Shown piece after piece: positions 26,051 to 39,064 of a stretch of DNA of 64,000 nt. The first letter of the stretch is position 1, and each line of letters opens with the position of its first letter. A model generated the notes under the pieces. The model saw only the letters and a program-made list of their open reading frames with translations, was not told the origin of the DNA and did no database searches. This DNA comes from Eledone cirrhosa (lineage: Eukaryota), in NCBI GenBank assembly GCA_964016885.1, contig OZ024740.1, forward strand, positions 284,828,001 to 284,892,000, written 5' to 3'. The translations under genes were made by a program, and so were the position numbers.

Positions 26051-28552
26051 AAATATACATATGTATTTGTGCATACTGCTCTGTCTTATAAATTGTGTAG
26101 ACTGTGCATTCTCTGCACATATTAACAATATTAACAATGTATAGATTGAATATATTATGCTGCTTCATGTGTAGTTCCCACAGATAGTTTATGTTCACTA
26201 TTCTATTTTCATGGCAGTATCAGTAGAGAGTCGGATGCCATGCTTTCCAGCATAGTTACGTCCCTTTACGGTCTGAGTTCAAATCCCGCCGAGGTTAACT
26301 TTGCCTTTCATCCTTACGGGGTCGATAAAATAAAGTACCAGTAATGTACTGGGTAATTGCTGGCCTTGTGCCAAAAGTAGAAACAATTATTTCAACTTTC
26401 TATAGGTTACAGGGCACTGGAGATTTATGTGTTCGGTTAGGATAGTCTAACAGAACAGGTCAGATTTAGAAGAGTTAACTTTACCTTTCATCCTTACGGG
26501 GTCGATAAAATAAAGTACCAGTAATGTACTGGGTAATTGCTGGCCTTGTGCCTAAAGTAGAAACAATTATTTCAACTTTCACCGCCAAACATGACTACCA
26601 TCTCTCTCTATACATTTCTTTTCTTTATATCCTTACTACTCGTTAATGTTTAGGACAATGGTCTTTGAGAGAAAAAAAAAAACATTACATAATTGTGTGT
26701 AGTCTGTTTTATTCTGTAATGTTCTTTTGTCTATTACCCAGCATTAACAGTTTTTATTTAATTCACTTGACCTGACTCTTGGGACCACTCTCACATTCCA
26801 ACGGAGAATACATCTCACAAAACTTCTTTAGTGAAGAGAAGCGGTGCATACATAGTATATACATCACTGAATCCAAGTACAACAAAATTATAAGAAAGAA
26901 TCCTCAGTCACTGCTACCCCAATGTTATGGGTCAAACAGTATGGTAGAATGTTCTCTAGAGTGCCGAACCCCAGGCACAAGCCACTTTATGGTCCCAATG
27001 AATAGAATGGAGAAAGAGTTGCCCCACTTTAACTAACCTGGCTCTTACTACAAACTTTCACCACTCCCTCCCCTTCCTATTTCATCCCACATCACTCAAT
27101 TTCTACACTACTTAGTTTTAACCCAATATCCACCAATTCACCTCTTTATTTTCACATTTACCTTTACTCAACCATAGTATTAGTTTTATGGGTTTTTTTC
27201 TCTCAAAGACCATTGTCCTAAAGATTGGACACTCATCACTGAAAATCAACTCCCTGTAATTTTTTTTTCTGTGAACTTTTTGGGGGATTAGTTTTTGCCA
27301 CTGCAGACCATTAACCATTCACCAAGCTATTACTTGTGGATGGTATGAGAAACAAGTGAAGCAAAACATCTCAAGTTAATATTAAACCTATACTGAATAT
27401 GTAGCTTACCGGAAACTTACCTTCTTTTCGAGGTGTTTATACTTATTAAAAATATATTAAATTCAATAATGCTGGTGCAACAATAAATGTACTCAGTACA
27501 ACACTGAAAGGTAGTTGATGGCAGGAAGGGTATCAAAGCCATAGAAAACATGCCAAACAAAAGGTCAGGAGGAGGACTCTTCAGCTGTGTCAAAGACATG
27601 ACAACTTCCCTAGTGCTGGTGCAATGATAAAATATATTCTGTAGAGTGCAAGAATGTATGTAAGTGAGATGCAAAACCCCCAGCCTGAGACAACCCATCC
27701 AACCCTTGCTCGCAGGAAAATCAAACATTAAATGATGATGATGATAATGAAGATATAATTGAAAATATGTATGTAATTTAAAATTACAAAGACTTTCATT
27801 AGAATTTTGGTGTTTCAGATTAATATAGTTGATATTGATATTCCGGCTTCTTCAAATATAAATCTTAACTGTTCTCTTTCTTTCAACAGAGCTAATATCA
27901 AACTGCTTAACCTTACAAAAGAGATGACAAAAGAATGCAACAATGGATGGATAATGGTGATCTTTTTATGGTGATAACATAAAATTCTGCTCAATGAAAA
28001 TTTACCATAATTGAGTGTTTTCAGCAGAGTAACCTGTTGCAAACACTTGGACCGAATGTTTAGATGTGAAATCCCTTAAAAGGTTATAAGTAGTGATCCC
28101 TCTTTTAGGACTATCAAATAGACATATACTTCTGATATATAAGCAATTAACCCATTTACAATTTAAGGGAAGTAATATTATGTACTATATAGATGAATGT
28201 ATAAAGTACGAACAAGAGAAGAAAGATTCTTCTATATAGTTTCTTGCCTTGCTGGATATAGCAGCCGACTCTTTCTCAACATAACATATTTTTAAAAGCT
28301 TTATCAAATGATTGGCTATATCACTGCCATTAGATTACTTTTCTCCTTTCATCTTGAGTCATCCCTCTTTTTCTAATAGCTAGAATATTTGTGGCTCGCC
28401 ACACCTGTATACTTGTAGATTTCTCTAACTGAAGTAGTTGTACCAACCCATTGTCAAATTAATAGTCAATCATCTGCAAAGCCACTGGTGTTCATGATGC
28501 CGAGGTCATCTATTTAAACTGATCATCATCACTTACTATGAGACAAGCAGAT

Positions 28553-28890
28553 GGAGGCACATGGCTTAGTGGTTAGAGCATTGGCCTTGCAATCGAAAGG
28601 TTGTGAGTTCAATTCTCAGACCGGGTGATGTGTTGTTTCCTTGAGCAAGACACTTTATTTCACATTGCTCCAGTTTACTCAGCTGTAGAAATGAGATGAT
28701 AGGGACTGGGGTCCCTATCATTCCACTGCAAAGTGGTCGTGGAGGTGCCATGGCAAAAAAGCACCCAGCACTCACTGTAAATGAGGTTAGCGTTAGGAAG
28801 GGCATCCAGCTGTAGAAATCAAGCCAGAATCAGTTCCTGTCCCACCCTTGCAAGCAGTGTAAAAGCGGACGTAAAATGAAATGAAATGAA
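28553..28890 (+). mobile_element. tRNA-derived SINE family A
   Basis: Near-identical to 1644-1973; (AAATG)n tail; possible AAGCAG target duplication. Confidence 0.9.
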
Positions 28891-30626
28891 GCAGGTTTTT
28901 TTTTATTGAGGCTTACTCTTCTAAATCTGACCTGTTCTGTTAGACTATCCTAACCGAACACATAAATCTCCAGTGCCCTGTAACCTATAGAATTAACAAA
29001 AAGAATAGGTTACATACCACAGAAAACTTTATTTACATTACTCTATATTTATTATTATATTTTCATGGTAAAGGTTTTACCTCACATAATATCGAATCTA
29101 TGAGATTTTGATATTTATTTTGAGAACAATATCTCAGTATGAGCAGCCCGCTTACAGCAGGTTTGAACAGAAAAAGGTGAGAGAATTCTGGCTGGATACT
29201 GTTGGTTTAAATGCTAAAGGGTTAAGCAATACAAATGTCCTATGGTGGAAGAAGAGCTGGTTGCACCAACTTTGAGATCCATAGTTTTAGTTCATTTGGA
29301 GAGTAGGAGTTCTGGCTATATTGGATTATCACCACAAAAGATCCCCAAAACAACACAACTAAAGCATCAATCTTGATACTTCTTGCATGTTAATCAAATG
29401 CATTGCTATTTTAGCTAAGTTTCCTTACATTTATTATATCTCAGATTACAACAACCAAATTCAACAATTTTTTGTAATGCATTTCTGAAATGCCTAGAAA
29501 CTGAATCAGTGATTTTTATATTCCAAGCTGGTAACATGAAAAAAAGTACTCAGTACACCCAGTAAAGTGGTGGTGCTGGTGACACAACAAAAAACACCCA
29601 ATCCACCCTGTTAGATGGTCATTTTGGTGCCATGATAAAAAAACACCCAGTCCACACTATAGGTCTGTATGAGCAAAATGCAGCTTCCCGACCCGATTTG
29701 CATCATAACGCGACAACCCGTCTAAATCATGCAAGCGTAGTAAATGGACGTTAAATAATTGTTTCTACTTTAGGCACAAGGCCAGCAATTACCCAGTGCA
29801 TTACTGGTACTTTATTTTATCGACCCCGTAAGGACGTTAAATGGACGTTAAATAATGATGATGACGATGATGAGACATGTATAACCTATGATAGATAAGC
29901 TAAATTATTGTTCCCACCAACTTTTTTTTTAATCTGCCATAATTTTAAGTTGGAATCACCAAGCTCAGATTGTCCTCTCTTCTTTTATTCTTGGGACCAA
30001 ACAGCCAATAAGCTCATCACTTCCATCAATGTTTTCTATACAAAAAAAAAGAAAAATGAAATAAATGGAATAAAAATAAATGAAAATCTGTTTTAAATGT
30101 TTGTTTAAAGTAAACAAATTTTTTGGTTGTTTTCTTATAAAACAAGTCAGGTTAAAAGTATAAGTATTTACCATCTTAAAAGTGTTACTTAATTATTTTT
30201 TCAATATTCTACAATTAAGTTAAACACATTAAAATGATACCAGTAAAAATATTTTATAGTTTGGCTGATAAAGATAACTAGTGTCTATAAATTTTCTCAT
30301 ATCCACCATAGAAATGAATTTCAGAAGGGTGATAAAAGATTGAGAAAACTGATTAGTAGAGCAGGGATCACTATGAAGTGAGATAGAACAGGTATCACAA
30401 AAGGAATGGAGAATGAAACAAGCAAGTTTTAATGGATATAGTGTGCAATTAGAATGTTCAGATGAGCAAGAAAGAAAGCACAGCGTAGTGGTGAACAAAT
30501 GCTCATAGTATGTTGGATGTAGACAGATTTATCAGGCGGGTGAGTTGGCTTGTTTGTTATGAATAGGTATTTAGCATTGTCTGGGTTAATGTTAAAATCA
30601 CAAACTTAAACACAATCCACGGCAAG

Positions 30627-30854
30627 ACACTGAGCACAACTCTCAGGACAACTCCAAGATAAACAGGCAAACAAGGTCACAGTTTCTTTTGCTGAAATAT
30701 CCACACTGAGCACAACTCTCAGGACAACTCCAAGATAAACAGGCAAACAAGGTCACAGTTTCTTTTGTTGAAATATCGACACTGAGCACAACTCTCAGGA
30801 CAACTCCAAGATAAACAGGCAAACAAGGTCACAGTTTCTTTTGTTGAAATATCC
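30627..30854. repeat. Tandem triplication, 3 x 76 bp
   Basis: Unit starts ACACTGAGCACAACTCTCAGG at 30627, 30703 and 30779; copies differ at only a few positions. Confidence 0.97.
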
Positions 30855-32836
30855 GTGATATTTAGGATCTTTAAGCTTTCTCAGAATTGGGGCTCAAACT
30901 TACTTGAAGATTTTTATTTATTTTTATGATTTCACTTTTAAAACTGATGAATTCATTTTTCAAAACAAAGCTTTGTAAAATGGAACAAAAACAATACTGC
31001 ATCTTCAACAAAATATTCATATATAAGCCAGATGTCATAAGATTTCTTCTATTGGTGATCTATGTTGTAATATTTGGTCTGAAAGTAGTGTTTTCGGTCA
31101 AAATTATTTCAAGATTCGTTCCTCAAAAAAGCTTTTATCAGTTGAGAGATCAGTATTAAGACTTCAAATTTTAAATCAGATTGATTGAATTGTTTTAAGT
31201 TTACGAAGTTGATCGATATCGTTTGGAAAATATTAGTTTTCATTAACAGCTTGCTGAGTAGAAAGGGGGATAGTGTTTAAAAATATATACTATTTCCAGC
31301 ACATGACTAAGTGCAGAGTCAAAACTAAACTTAAACCATCTAGTTATAGAGTATATTTATAGAGAGGTAGAAGCAACAAATGCAAGCAGCGAAAAACTGG
31401 TGTTTTAATCTTTCCATTGTAAAAATCTGAAAAAAGACTGGGTTTCTTTCTATGGTTGAAGTATCTCTCAACTGCCTTATGCTAAAAAAAAGCAGTAATA
31501 AGTTCAAGATTACTCCCAACATATCGTGGTAATTAGTTGCAAGGGAAAACGGAAAAGAAAAAAAGTAATCATAGCAACAACAACAAAAAAAGTCAATAGC
31601 CCCAATCCTTTGATACAATCATTTATAATGTTATCTAAGCATTTGTAATGTTATTTATGTATATATTTAAAACATATTTGTTATGTTATTCTACTGTAAA
31701 TTTATTTATATGCTTTGTATAATAAATCAACAAGTGTGTTATATTAAGTACTCTTAATATTTAGAAATAGAACTCCTTTCAATATAACATTGGACAATAT
31801 AGTTTTAAATTTAAAACAGATAAGAGGATGCGTCGGGAAGTTTCATAAAAGAGATATAACGGTGAAAAAGAAAGAGAAGTTTCGGCATTACATAACAGTT
31901 TTACTAATTACATAAAGTATCAAATCAATGTCAACACGACATGAAACACAATTTTAAACAAAAATTTAAAAGGATAAAATAAATGAAAATAACTTTTAAG
32001 TTTTGTCTACAAAACTTTCGAAACTTTTCACGCAACTAAATAGTTGAAATATATTTCGTTTTTCTTGTTGAAAAAATAAATTTGTTTGTAAGTAAATTAC
32101 ATAATTCTTAAGTTTTTGCATAAAAAAGAGATTATCAGGAGATGGAGGTGGGGGGAGGGGGGTCTGCTCGCCTAAATGATTGAAAAATACTCTTTGTATA
32201 TAACTTAATGTTGAAAAAAAAAGAATTATCAGAATATTTTCGCTTTAACAACAGGTATTTTTAAGCAAAAAGCTCCACTTTTAAGTTTAATAAACGAAAC
32301 TTAACAACAATGAACAAAAATAATTATAATCACATGAAATAAATTAAAATACATCTAATTCTATATCAGAATCGAATTTCTTACACTTTATCTAAGCGTG
32401 TCCGACCACTACAATAAAAAAATAAACGAAGTATTGCTGCGTGGGTGACAATGTGTTACAGACTAAAGTGATGCGTAATATCAGACAACTACTACAAGGC
32501 TTGTAACCGCAAAAAATAAGAATAATAAGCCGAAAAGTATATTATAAGAAAGGCTTTTGTTTTGTTTTATCACATGATAAGAAGTCGAAAATAAATTGAG
32601 AGGAATTTTCTATTTTTCTGTGTAAGTTGTAAAAACAATACTGATTTTGTAGCAAATCAGCAACCCCCCAAAATGCTATATATCTCCCGTTCTACAATGT
32701 TTTCAAACTAATATTTCTAACTTACTTAACAAATAATTATAATGAATGCAACAGTGCAACAACTATTTTTTAAATATTATTATTAATATTATTTTATCGT
32801 TAACAAAGATGGACAAAAGAAAAAAAGATAACTTAC

Positions 32837-32970
32837 CTAACTTGATTATAAACTTAAGGGAAGACGTCTCGAGTTTCTTGATGTTGGGACATGTGTACTT
32901 TTGTAGATTTATTTGCATCACTAGGATGGCAGTTTGCCAACTAGCTTGTTATAGGTAGGTCGTTTATTCC
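32837..32970 (-). promoter_or_regulatory. Candidate first (probably non-coding) exon/promoter of the phosphatase gene
   Basis: Consensus donor TTAG|GTAAGT at 32836 inside a locally CpG-retaining island (~31.8-33.5 kb); NFI-like palindrome TGGC-N5-GCCAA at 32927-32940. The link to the gene is inferred. Confidence 0.35.
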
Positions 32971-33769
32971 TATGTAGTTAATATACATATCTGATAATTT
33001 ATTCAATTGCTTGAAGACTATATAGATAACCAAAAATGGTACCCAACTGTGACCTAAAGATTAACTTATACATGGTAAGATGCATAAAAAATAAAAATCT
33101 ATCTATTTATTTATTGAAGAAAATGGATAGATTGAACATTATAATGGTGATAAAAATCAATATGTATACCATTTCCTTCTAGTTTATTTTTTTATCAAGA
33201 CCCCAGAATGAATTAAAGTCAGAAAAATATTTACAGTAATCTTTTTAATTATATATTATAATCATTCACCTGGTAAGATGACCGTCCTCAAAAAGATTGG
33301 TCTTTTCTATGTCTTAGCGGCAAGTTGTAGAACAACGCATTTTATCGAAATAACATCATTAACGACTATTTAATCCATCGATATCATGAATCATAATATA
33401 TATTAACTGCTCACGCGTGTGTTAAGTGCAATGATCAGTAAAATGATTCAGTTTTCGATATAAAAACAGGGATTTCATTACAGTGTAGGTATTACATAGC
33501 TCTTTTGCACATAAAAGGTAACTAGACTTCCATGCAAATCATTCCTACTCTTAAGTGTAAAAAATTAATTCGATAGCAAGAGACTGAACAAGAATAGTTA
33601 ACTATAATATAATATGAATTCAAGAGATGGAGAATTCAATATTGTTATAATAATTGTTTCTATTTTTGGCACAAGACCAGCAATTACTTAGTACATTACT
33701 GGTACTTTATTTTATCGACCCCGTAAGGATGAAAGGCAAAGTTAACCTCGATAATAATGTGACACATAT

Positions 33770-34640
33770 ATACATGTTATATATATGTAGATCCCAAGTA
33801 AAATTGGGGGTAAGCACAATTAGAAAAGGTACTCATCACATTAGCAGAGTGTAAGCATCATTATTTAATATAGAAATGGTTCATACAGAAATAGAACTGT
33901 TTCATTCGTGAAACAGTTCTAGTTTTATGTTAATCATATACACACCCTAACTGTATATAATTAACATATGCTCATATTTGAGGAATTAAAGTAAGGTCAG
34001 AAGGAAATTTATATTGGTAGATAAGGTTGATGATATGGAGAGAAAAATCACATAAGCAATATAGTTATAAGTGGTTAGTTGAGATTGCATAATCAAAAAA
34101 TTGATTTGTTCTTAAAAAGTTATGTTTGGGGTTTTTGGATGGTAGATTCTTATACTAGAGTTGTTAAAAGCTTAGGAACATGGGGATCTATAAAGTTAAG
34201 GTCACGATTACATGCTCGCTGTAGCTAAATGAACATGTAGTGGAAAGGTTTATAGGAAATATGAGATTGTAGTGTAAGTGTAAAGATGTATTTTTTTAAA
34301 TCATGAACATAATGTAGTTATATGTCTATAGCGTTATCATATCAACAAGTGTAATTGGGTTTAAGTTGAAAATATGAGAGGGTGAAATTGAATATTAGTG
34401 AAAGACAGTGAGTAAAAAGTAAAAATTAGGCATAAGTCAGGTAGTTCTAATACCTAAATAGATGGTTACTGTTAAAATAGATTGTTAGGATATACTATGG
34501 TAAAAAAAAAAGGTGTAAATTTAATGAGAAAAATGCGCGGTACTAATGGGGAAAAATAAAACAAAAAGGGAGAAGATATTTGACGTCAGTATTAAGAGGT
34601 GCAAGTAAAAAAGTATATAAGACAAGTGACGTCAAAGAGA
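33770..34640 (-). mobile_element. Possible decayed Penelope-like element
   Basis: Strand-biased composition, weak RT-thumb-like remnants (HP.HIF) and a fold-back junction at 33892-33921. Confidence 0.3.
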
Positions 34641-34651
34641 GCACATATGGC

Positions 34652-34702
<51 letters not shown>

Positions 34703-34745
34703 GGAATACTGTTGGCTTCTTGCTACAATAATTTCTATACTTTTC

Positions 34746-34808
<63 letters not shown>

Positions 34809-34929
34809 AATATATATATATCAAGATTAATGAATGATATATAGTTACATAATACAAATACACAGGTATGCAAACATAAAAGCCCAGCCAATAATATATA
34901 TATGTATGTGTATATATATAATACTCTTG

Positions 34930-35003
<74 letters not shown>

Positions 35004-35389
35004 GAGGAAGGGGGAGATGGAGAGAGAATTTATTAGTATTTCCCTTCAGGGTTGTTAAAAATAGTAAGCAAGGGAGGTAACTTCAAAAATATCTCCTAAC
35101 CCAAGAAACAAAGACAATGCAATAAGGAATATATCTTGCTTTATAAGCCAACTAATGACAGCAACAGTATAATAATAATAATGAAATTATTTGTAAAGTG
35201 CTCAGGTGCACTACAACTCGTCAAAGGTGTATGTATAGTATATGTTTTGATCTTGTTAGATCTCCTCAGCATGGAAGCTTCATTTCAGTTGGTTTGACTT
35301 AGAATGATCAAATACCTTCCCTGCTTGCCGTTTTTAGATTTTCATACCCCATGCCGTAAAACAGTACTTATCTTCAAATGGCAGGGATC

Positions 35390-36500
35390 GGGGCATACTG
35401 TATATATGCTTCAGCTTGTGCTCGTGGGAAGCCAGGTCTTCTATATTACTGTGTATAACAAGAGATCTCAGTCCTGTGTCATCGCCTATGAGAGGTGGCT
35501 TTGGGCAAGGTCAGCTTTTATCACCTCATCCCAAGTCTTCCTGGGTCTCCCCACTTCAAGGCTTCCTTCGAATTTGAGGGCTCTGCACCTTTTTATGCAG
35601 CTGTCATCCTTTATTCGCATCACATGTCTATACCAACATAATCTCCTCTCCTGTACACAGCATTTGATTCCTCTTATGCCTAGTTTTTCTCTCAGTTCAT
35701 TTATGCTTCGCTGTTCTCGTATATTACTATTACACATCCATCAGAGCATGTAAGCTTCATTTCTTTCTAGTCTACACAATTCTTTTGCACACAACACCCA
35801 GGTCTCACTACCATGCAACATTGTCGTTCGTATGCATCATACAGTCTGCCTTTTATTTTGAGAGAAAAGCCTTTTGTAGCCAGCAGTGGTAAAAGGTCCC
35901 TGAATTTCTTCCATCCCATTCTTACTCTGGCTAATGTACTTTCTGAACACACGCCACTGCTGCTAATTCCGTCACCTAGGTAGCAGAAGCTGTCTACTGT
36001 TTCTACAGAACCCTCCCAGAGTTCGGTAGTGCTTGTTCTCTGTGGTCGTTTGCTACTTACTGTCCTGGTGCAACTGCTACATGTACAGCCCACATTCTTA
36101 GCTAAACTTCCTGAGATCAGATCCCCCCCCCCCCCCACACACACACATCTCTTGTGTACCCATAGTTTGCATATGGGGAAGAGGATGGAGTTTCTACCTA
36201 CACCTTTCCAACATACTGAACAAGGCCAGTTCCGCAAGGGGATCTGGGTTCAACTTGTACGCTAAATTCCTCGCTATGGTCATTGTTAACCTTAACTTTG
36301 CTGACTGCTCCCCTATACATGGCTTATACAGCCTTTACAAGCAACTCGTCTATTCTTAGTTTTCTAAGAGCCCACCAGATTATGGCACGAAGGCACTCTG
36401 TTGAAAGCTTTCTCCAGATCAACAAATACCAGGTAAAGCAGCTTGCGTTTAGCTAGGTTCTTTTCCTATAACTGCCTCAAAAGGAAGAGGTGGTGTTTTT
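35390..36500 (-). mobile_element. RTE family 1 LINE fragment
   Basis: ORFs 35486-35737 and 35767-36237 give WPCSVC...VHKRC, VDSFCYLGD and GRPRKTWDEVI. Confidence 0.92.
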
Positions 36501-36521
36501 CCTGGTATATATATATATATA

Positions 36522-37520
36522 TCATCATCATCATCATCATCACCGTTTTACATCCGTTCTTCCACGCTAGCATGGGTTAGACGGGTTATCCTGTTGTGGG
36601 CAGTAGCCGGTCGGCTGACCATGTCTTGCTCATACGGGAACTGATTCTAGCTTGATTTCTACAGCTGGATGCTCTTCCTAACACCAACCTCATTTACAGT
36701 GAGTGCTGGGTGCTTTTTTCCGTGTAGCCTACACGTCCACTTTACAGTATGGGCTGGGTGCTTTTTTGCCGTGGCACCTCCACAACCACTTTGCAGTGGG
36801 AGGATGTGGGGGCATATTGTCTATATGCTTCAGCTTCGGCTTGTACCCATGGGGGATCAGGTCTTCTGTATTACTGCGTGACGCCAGATGTCACAGTCGT
36901 GTGTCATCGCCTTTGAGAGATGTAATTGGGTAAGGTCGGCTGTTATCACCTCATCCCAGGTTTTCTTGGGTCTCCCCACTCTGCGGCTTCCATCAACTTT
37001 TAGTGCTCTGCACCTTTTTATGTAACTGTCATCCTTCATACGCATTACATGTCCATACCAACGCAATCTCCTCTCCTGCACACAGCATTTGATTCCTCTT
37101 ATGCTCAGTCTCTCTCTCAATTTGTTTATGCTTTGCCGTTCGCGTATATTACTATTACACATCCATCGGAGCATGCAGGTTTCGTTTCTTTCTAATCTAC
37201 GCAAGTCTTCTATAGACAGCGCCCAGGTCTCACTACCATGTAACATTGCTGTTCGTATACACGCATCATACAGTCTGCCCTTTTGCAGCAGCAGTGGCAG
37301 TAGTTCCCTGAACTTCTTCCATCCCGTTCTTACCCTAGTTATTGTACTTTCTGAACACCCACCTCCGCTGCTAATTCGGTCACCTAGGTAGCAGAAGCTG
37401 TCTACTGTTTCTACAGAGCCCATCCAGAGTTTGGTGGTATTGTTTCCTGTGGGTGTTTGCTGCTACATGTGAAACCTACATTCTTAGTTAAGCTTCCTGA
37501 GATCCCACTACATCTCTTGT
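36522..37520 (-). mobile_element. RTE family 1 LINE 3' part with tail
   Basis: ORF 36857-37423 (VDSFCYLGD...RRLRWYGHV...GRPKKTW), 3' UTR and (ATC)n tail. Confidence 0.93.
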
Positions 37521-37549
37521 CTATATATATATATATATATATATATTAA

Positions 37550-38885
37550 TTAAAGGTTAATTAGTCTCTAATACTTAAGCATCTCAATGAGAATAATCTC
37601 TCAGAGAAGCAATATTATATATTAAAATTAAGTGAGAAAAAAAACTATTTATGGGAGTACAAACAAGATAGACAAAAGGAATATCCTATCTAAACTCGCC
37701 TATAAATAGATCTCCCTACCATGGTTTCATATGGGGAAAAATGTTTATTGGGACCACCAGTAATTGAAGAATCCACCATACTCTTCAGGGGAGTCTAATT
37801 CTTCAAAAGCTAAGAAAAATTTACCGAGAAATCCTATATACTATTTCATTTGCTGAGGTACAATGCTGGAATAAAAACATGCATAGTGTTGTATGATCAA
37901 AATAGTACTCTATTTCATAGTTTGGTGTGAAGATATTGAAGTTCTCCTAAAACTGGCATAATCCATGAGGGCTTTAATATATTATTATTGAACACTAATG
38001 TTATTTTCTATGTGTTGGATAAATGTGATGACTGTAAGTGTTGAAGTGTGTTTGTGCACCACATTGCTTTCTTTACAGTCTTCTATGTGCAATTCTACTA
38101 CACATAGAAGATAGTGTTGTAGAGGTTTTGTAAGTAATTCTTAGTATTTTGCCCTATGTCTTTATATGTGTCTGAGTTGTGGAAAAATAAAAAATAAAAG
38201 ATTTTGGAAGGGGTTTATTATAATTAGCTTGGTTTTGTAGTAGAGTATGTTGTATGGATTGAAATATCTCCTAATGAGGATGGTTGGTAGTGTACTAGTC
38301 AGGGTGCATACACTGATGGTGATATGTATATACATACTTATGTTAATGATTTGTATTACTGCTGATTTTTTATCTTGAATGATTGTATTCTTAGGATTAT
38401 TTGAGTTCAAGTATTGTCTGTATGTACTGGGTGTAAAGCTGTATGTATGTTATGAGGCTTCTAGTGTAGTTTGGCCTAGAGAAAAATAGTTATAGCAGAT
38501 GAACTATGTAGAAGAATATAGAGTGTAATTGTCATTTGAGTAGAGTAGAACAGAATATATGTCACCTAATATAGCTCTTGTCTTCTCTCCACCACCACCA
38601 ACCCCACCTCAACAAAAGAAACAGGGCAATAGTTGAGTTTTATTAATAAATTACCACAGACCCAACTATAGTTATTTGGGAGCTTAAGGCAGCAGTTTAT
38701 TGTGCTAATTCTGAAGGAATTCAATGAAAAAGGTATGTGAATCATATTCAAATATGGTTCAGAGTGCATGTGATTCCATAGTATACATGTAGATCTACAG
38801 TCCATATTATGTAAGGTTATTTTGGTAGAATAAGACTCCAAAGTAAAAGATGGTGACATGAGCAAAGGTTAATCAGAATCATTAT
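37550..38885 (-). mobile_element. Decayed Penelope-like element with terminal hammerhead
   Basis: GIY-YIG-like remnant KTSTTLSS...H near 38080-38145, upstream (on the minus strand) of a complete hammerhead at 37712-37793. Confidence 0.5.
37712..37793 (-). ncRNA. Type I hammerhead ribozyme
   Basis: Minus strand: CTCCC-CTGAAGA-GTATGG...CCATAT-GAAA-CC(AT)GG-TA-GGGAG. Stems I, II and III and the GUA cleavage triplet are all present. Confidence 0.85.
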
Positions 38886-39064
38886 TTTGAAGGGTGGTGG
38901 ATTGGCAGTATCGGTAGAGGGTCGGACGCCATGCTTTCCAGCATAGTTACGTCCCTTTATGATCTGAGTTCAAATCCCACCGAGGTTAACTTTGCCTTTC
39001 ATCCTTACGGGGGTCGATAAAATAAAGTACCAGTAATGCACTGGGATAATTGCTGGCTAGAAAT

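Noticed and set aside
27421-27441. Possible 21-nt microexon on the minus strand before AAG|GTAAGT, with a second donor 11 nt further
   Set aside because: The acceptor is weak and adjoins a repeat; no support without transcripts.
27815-28042. Short ORFs on both strands with acceptor-like tracts
   Set aside because: No recognisable homology or consistent exon phase partners.
30627-30854. CRISPR-like regular repeats (also 12405-13105 and 47760-47910)
   Set aside because: No unique spacers, no cas genes, eukaryotic context; these are simple tandem repeats.
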